DNA of 64,000 nucleotides from an uncultured Gammaproteobacteria bacterium (GTDB lineage Bacteria; Pseudomonadota; Gammaproteobacteria; UBA6002): NCBI GenBank assembly GCA_963705725.1, contig CAVPKM010000020.1, positions 42,198 to 106,197 of the forward strand, read 5' to 3'. Shown piece by piece: positions 63,138 to 64,000 of this stretch (position 1 is its first letter; each line of letters starts with the position of its first letter). The notes under the pieces were generated by a model. It saw only the letters and a program-made list of their open reading frames with translations, ran no database searches and was not told where the DNA came from. The position numbers and the translations under genes were made by a program.

Positions 63138-64000
63138 ATGAAAACCAAATTTATTGATCTTTCAATATTGTCAAAAAATCGCAATTTTCTTTTGCTATAC
63201 ATTGGCCAATTTATTTCTTTTCTGGGCTCAATGTTGACCTTTGTTGCTGTTCCTTATCAAGTTTATCAACTTACCCATTCCACCCTGTTGGTAGGCGAAA
63301 CAAGTTTAATTAACCTATTTCCCTTGCTCATTACTGCCTTGATTGGCGGAGTCTTGGCTGATCGGTATTCGCGTAAGCGGCTACTTTTACTATCAGAAGC
63401 TTTTTTGATAGTGGGTTGTTTAATTCTTTTATTGAATAGTTATTTGCATACGTCTTTATACCTAATCTGGACAGCTTCTTTTTTAATGTCTGCGATAACC
63501 GGTTTGCATCGACCGGCATTAGATAGCATGGTACAGCAAATCGTGGGTAAGGAAGATTATGCACAAGTCGGAGCGCTGGGTAGTTTAAAAGTAAGTGTGG
63601 GTATGATTCTTGGGCCTGCAGTGGGAGGATTATTAATTGCCTGCTTTGGGATAGGTGTGACTTATTTAATTGATGCGCTGACCTTTGCAATTTCGCTAAT
63701 TGCATTACTCAGCATGAGCTTTATCCCTTCGCCTCAAGCAAATAAAGAAGAGTCAGCTTGGAAATCGTTAAAAAATGGCTTTCAGTATGCGACCTCTCGT
63801 CAGGAATTAATGGGCACCTACTTGGTTGATATGGTAGCCATGATTTTTGGGATGCCTGCCGCCCTATTTCCTGCTATCGCAAATGGTTTTGGTGGTCCGA
63901 AGGTGCTGGGTATGTTCTATACTGCGTCGGCAGTCGGAGGTTTGATTGTTTCCATATTTAACGGATTAGTAAAATCCATAAAGTTACCGGGCCTCGGTGT
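63138..64000 (+). CDS. Second MFS transporter, tandem paralogue (runs off the right edge)
   Basis: ATG 63138 MKTKFIDLSILSKNRNFLLLYIGQ; high DNA similarity to 61825-62690. Confidence 0.92.
   Translation, partial: MKTKFIDLSILSKNRNFLLLYIGQFISFLGSMLTFVAVPYQVYQLTHSTLLVGETSLINLFPLLITALIGGVLADRYSRKRLLLLSEAFLIVGCLILLLNSYLHTSLYLIWTASFLMSAITGLHRPALDSMVQQIVGKEDYAQVGALGSLKVSVGMILGPAVGGLLIACFGIGVTYLIDALTFAISLIALLSMSFIPSPQANKEESAWKSLKNGFQYATSRQELMGTYLVDMVAMIFGMPAALFPAIANGFGGPKVLGMFYTASAVGGLIVSIFNGLVKSIKLPGLG

Noticed and set aside
63331-63705. Minus-strand ORFs at 62018-62215 and 63331-63705 sharing AYANTDQPRLR
   Set aside because: They are antisense shadows of the duplicated MFS genes, not a separate gene family.

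Overview
AT-rich gammaproteobacterial chromosome segment, most likely from a Legionellales-type intracellular bacterium (inferred from an AnkH/LegA3 homologue, PmrA-like boxes and many eukaryote-like effector candidates; ispH indicates the MEP pathway). The housekeeping backbone includes ispB, rplU-rpmA-obgE, rpsT, ribF-ileS-lspA-ispH, feoAB-clpB, pssA, sdaA, ampG, tamAB, coaA, cysS, folD, gloB-rnhA-dnaQ and tRNA-Pro. It is interrupted by putative secreted-effector genes and an accessory region at about 31.4-42.9 kb. Main observations: (1) a 2.6-kb integrase-free cassette bounded by a ~50-bp duplication of the tamB 3' end, carrying a cholera/pertussis-fold-like ADP-ribosyltransferase gene and a divergent ankyrin gene that share one PmrA-like box; (2) a MICAL-like flavin monooxygenase-TPR protein; (3) a membrane protein missed by the ORF track, with ~27 tandem 12/13-aa helical repeats; (4) a ~165-bp palindromic element whose core is inverted between copies; (5) a permuted ATP-grasp/ankyrin gene sitting where the toxin of an AbiE module should be; (6) three decayed TA loci and a group II intron 3' remnant. 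More than a dozen single-base frameshifts, some in essential genes, point to long-read indel errors, so split ORFs are not by themselves evidence of pseudogenes. All family calls are by-eye motif recognition; no database search was run.
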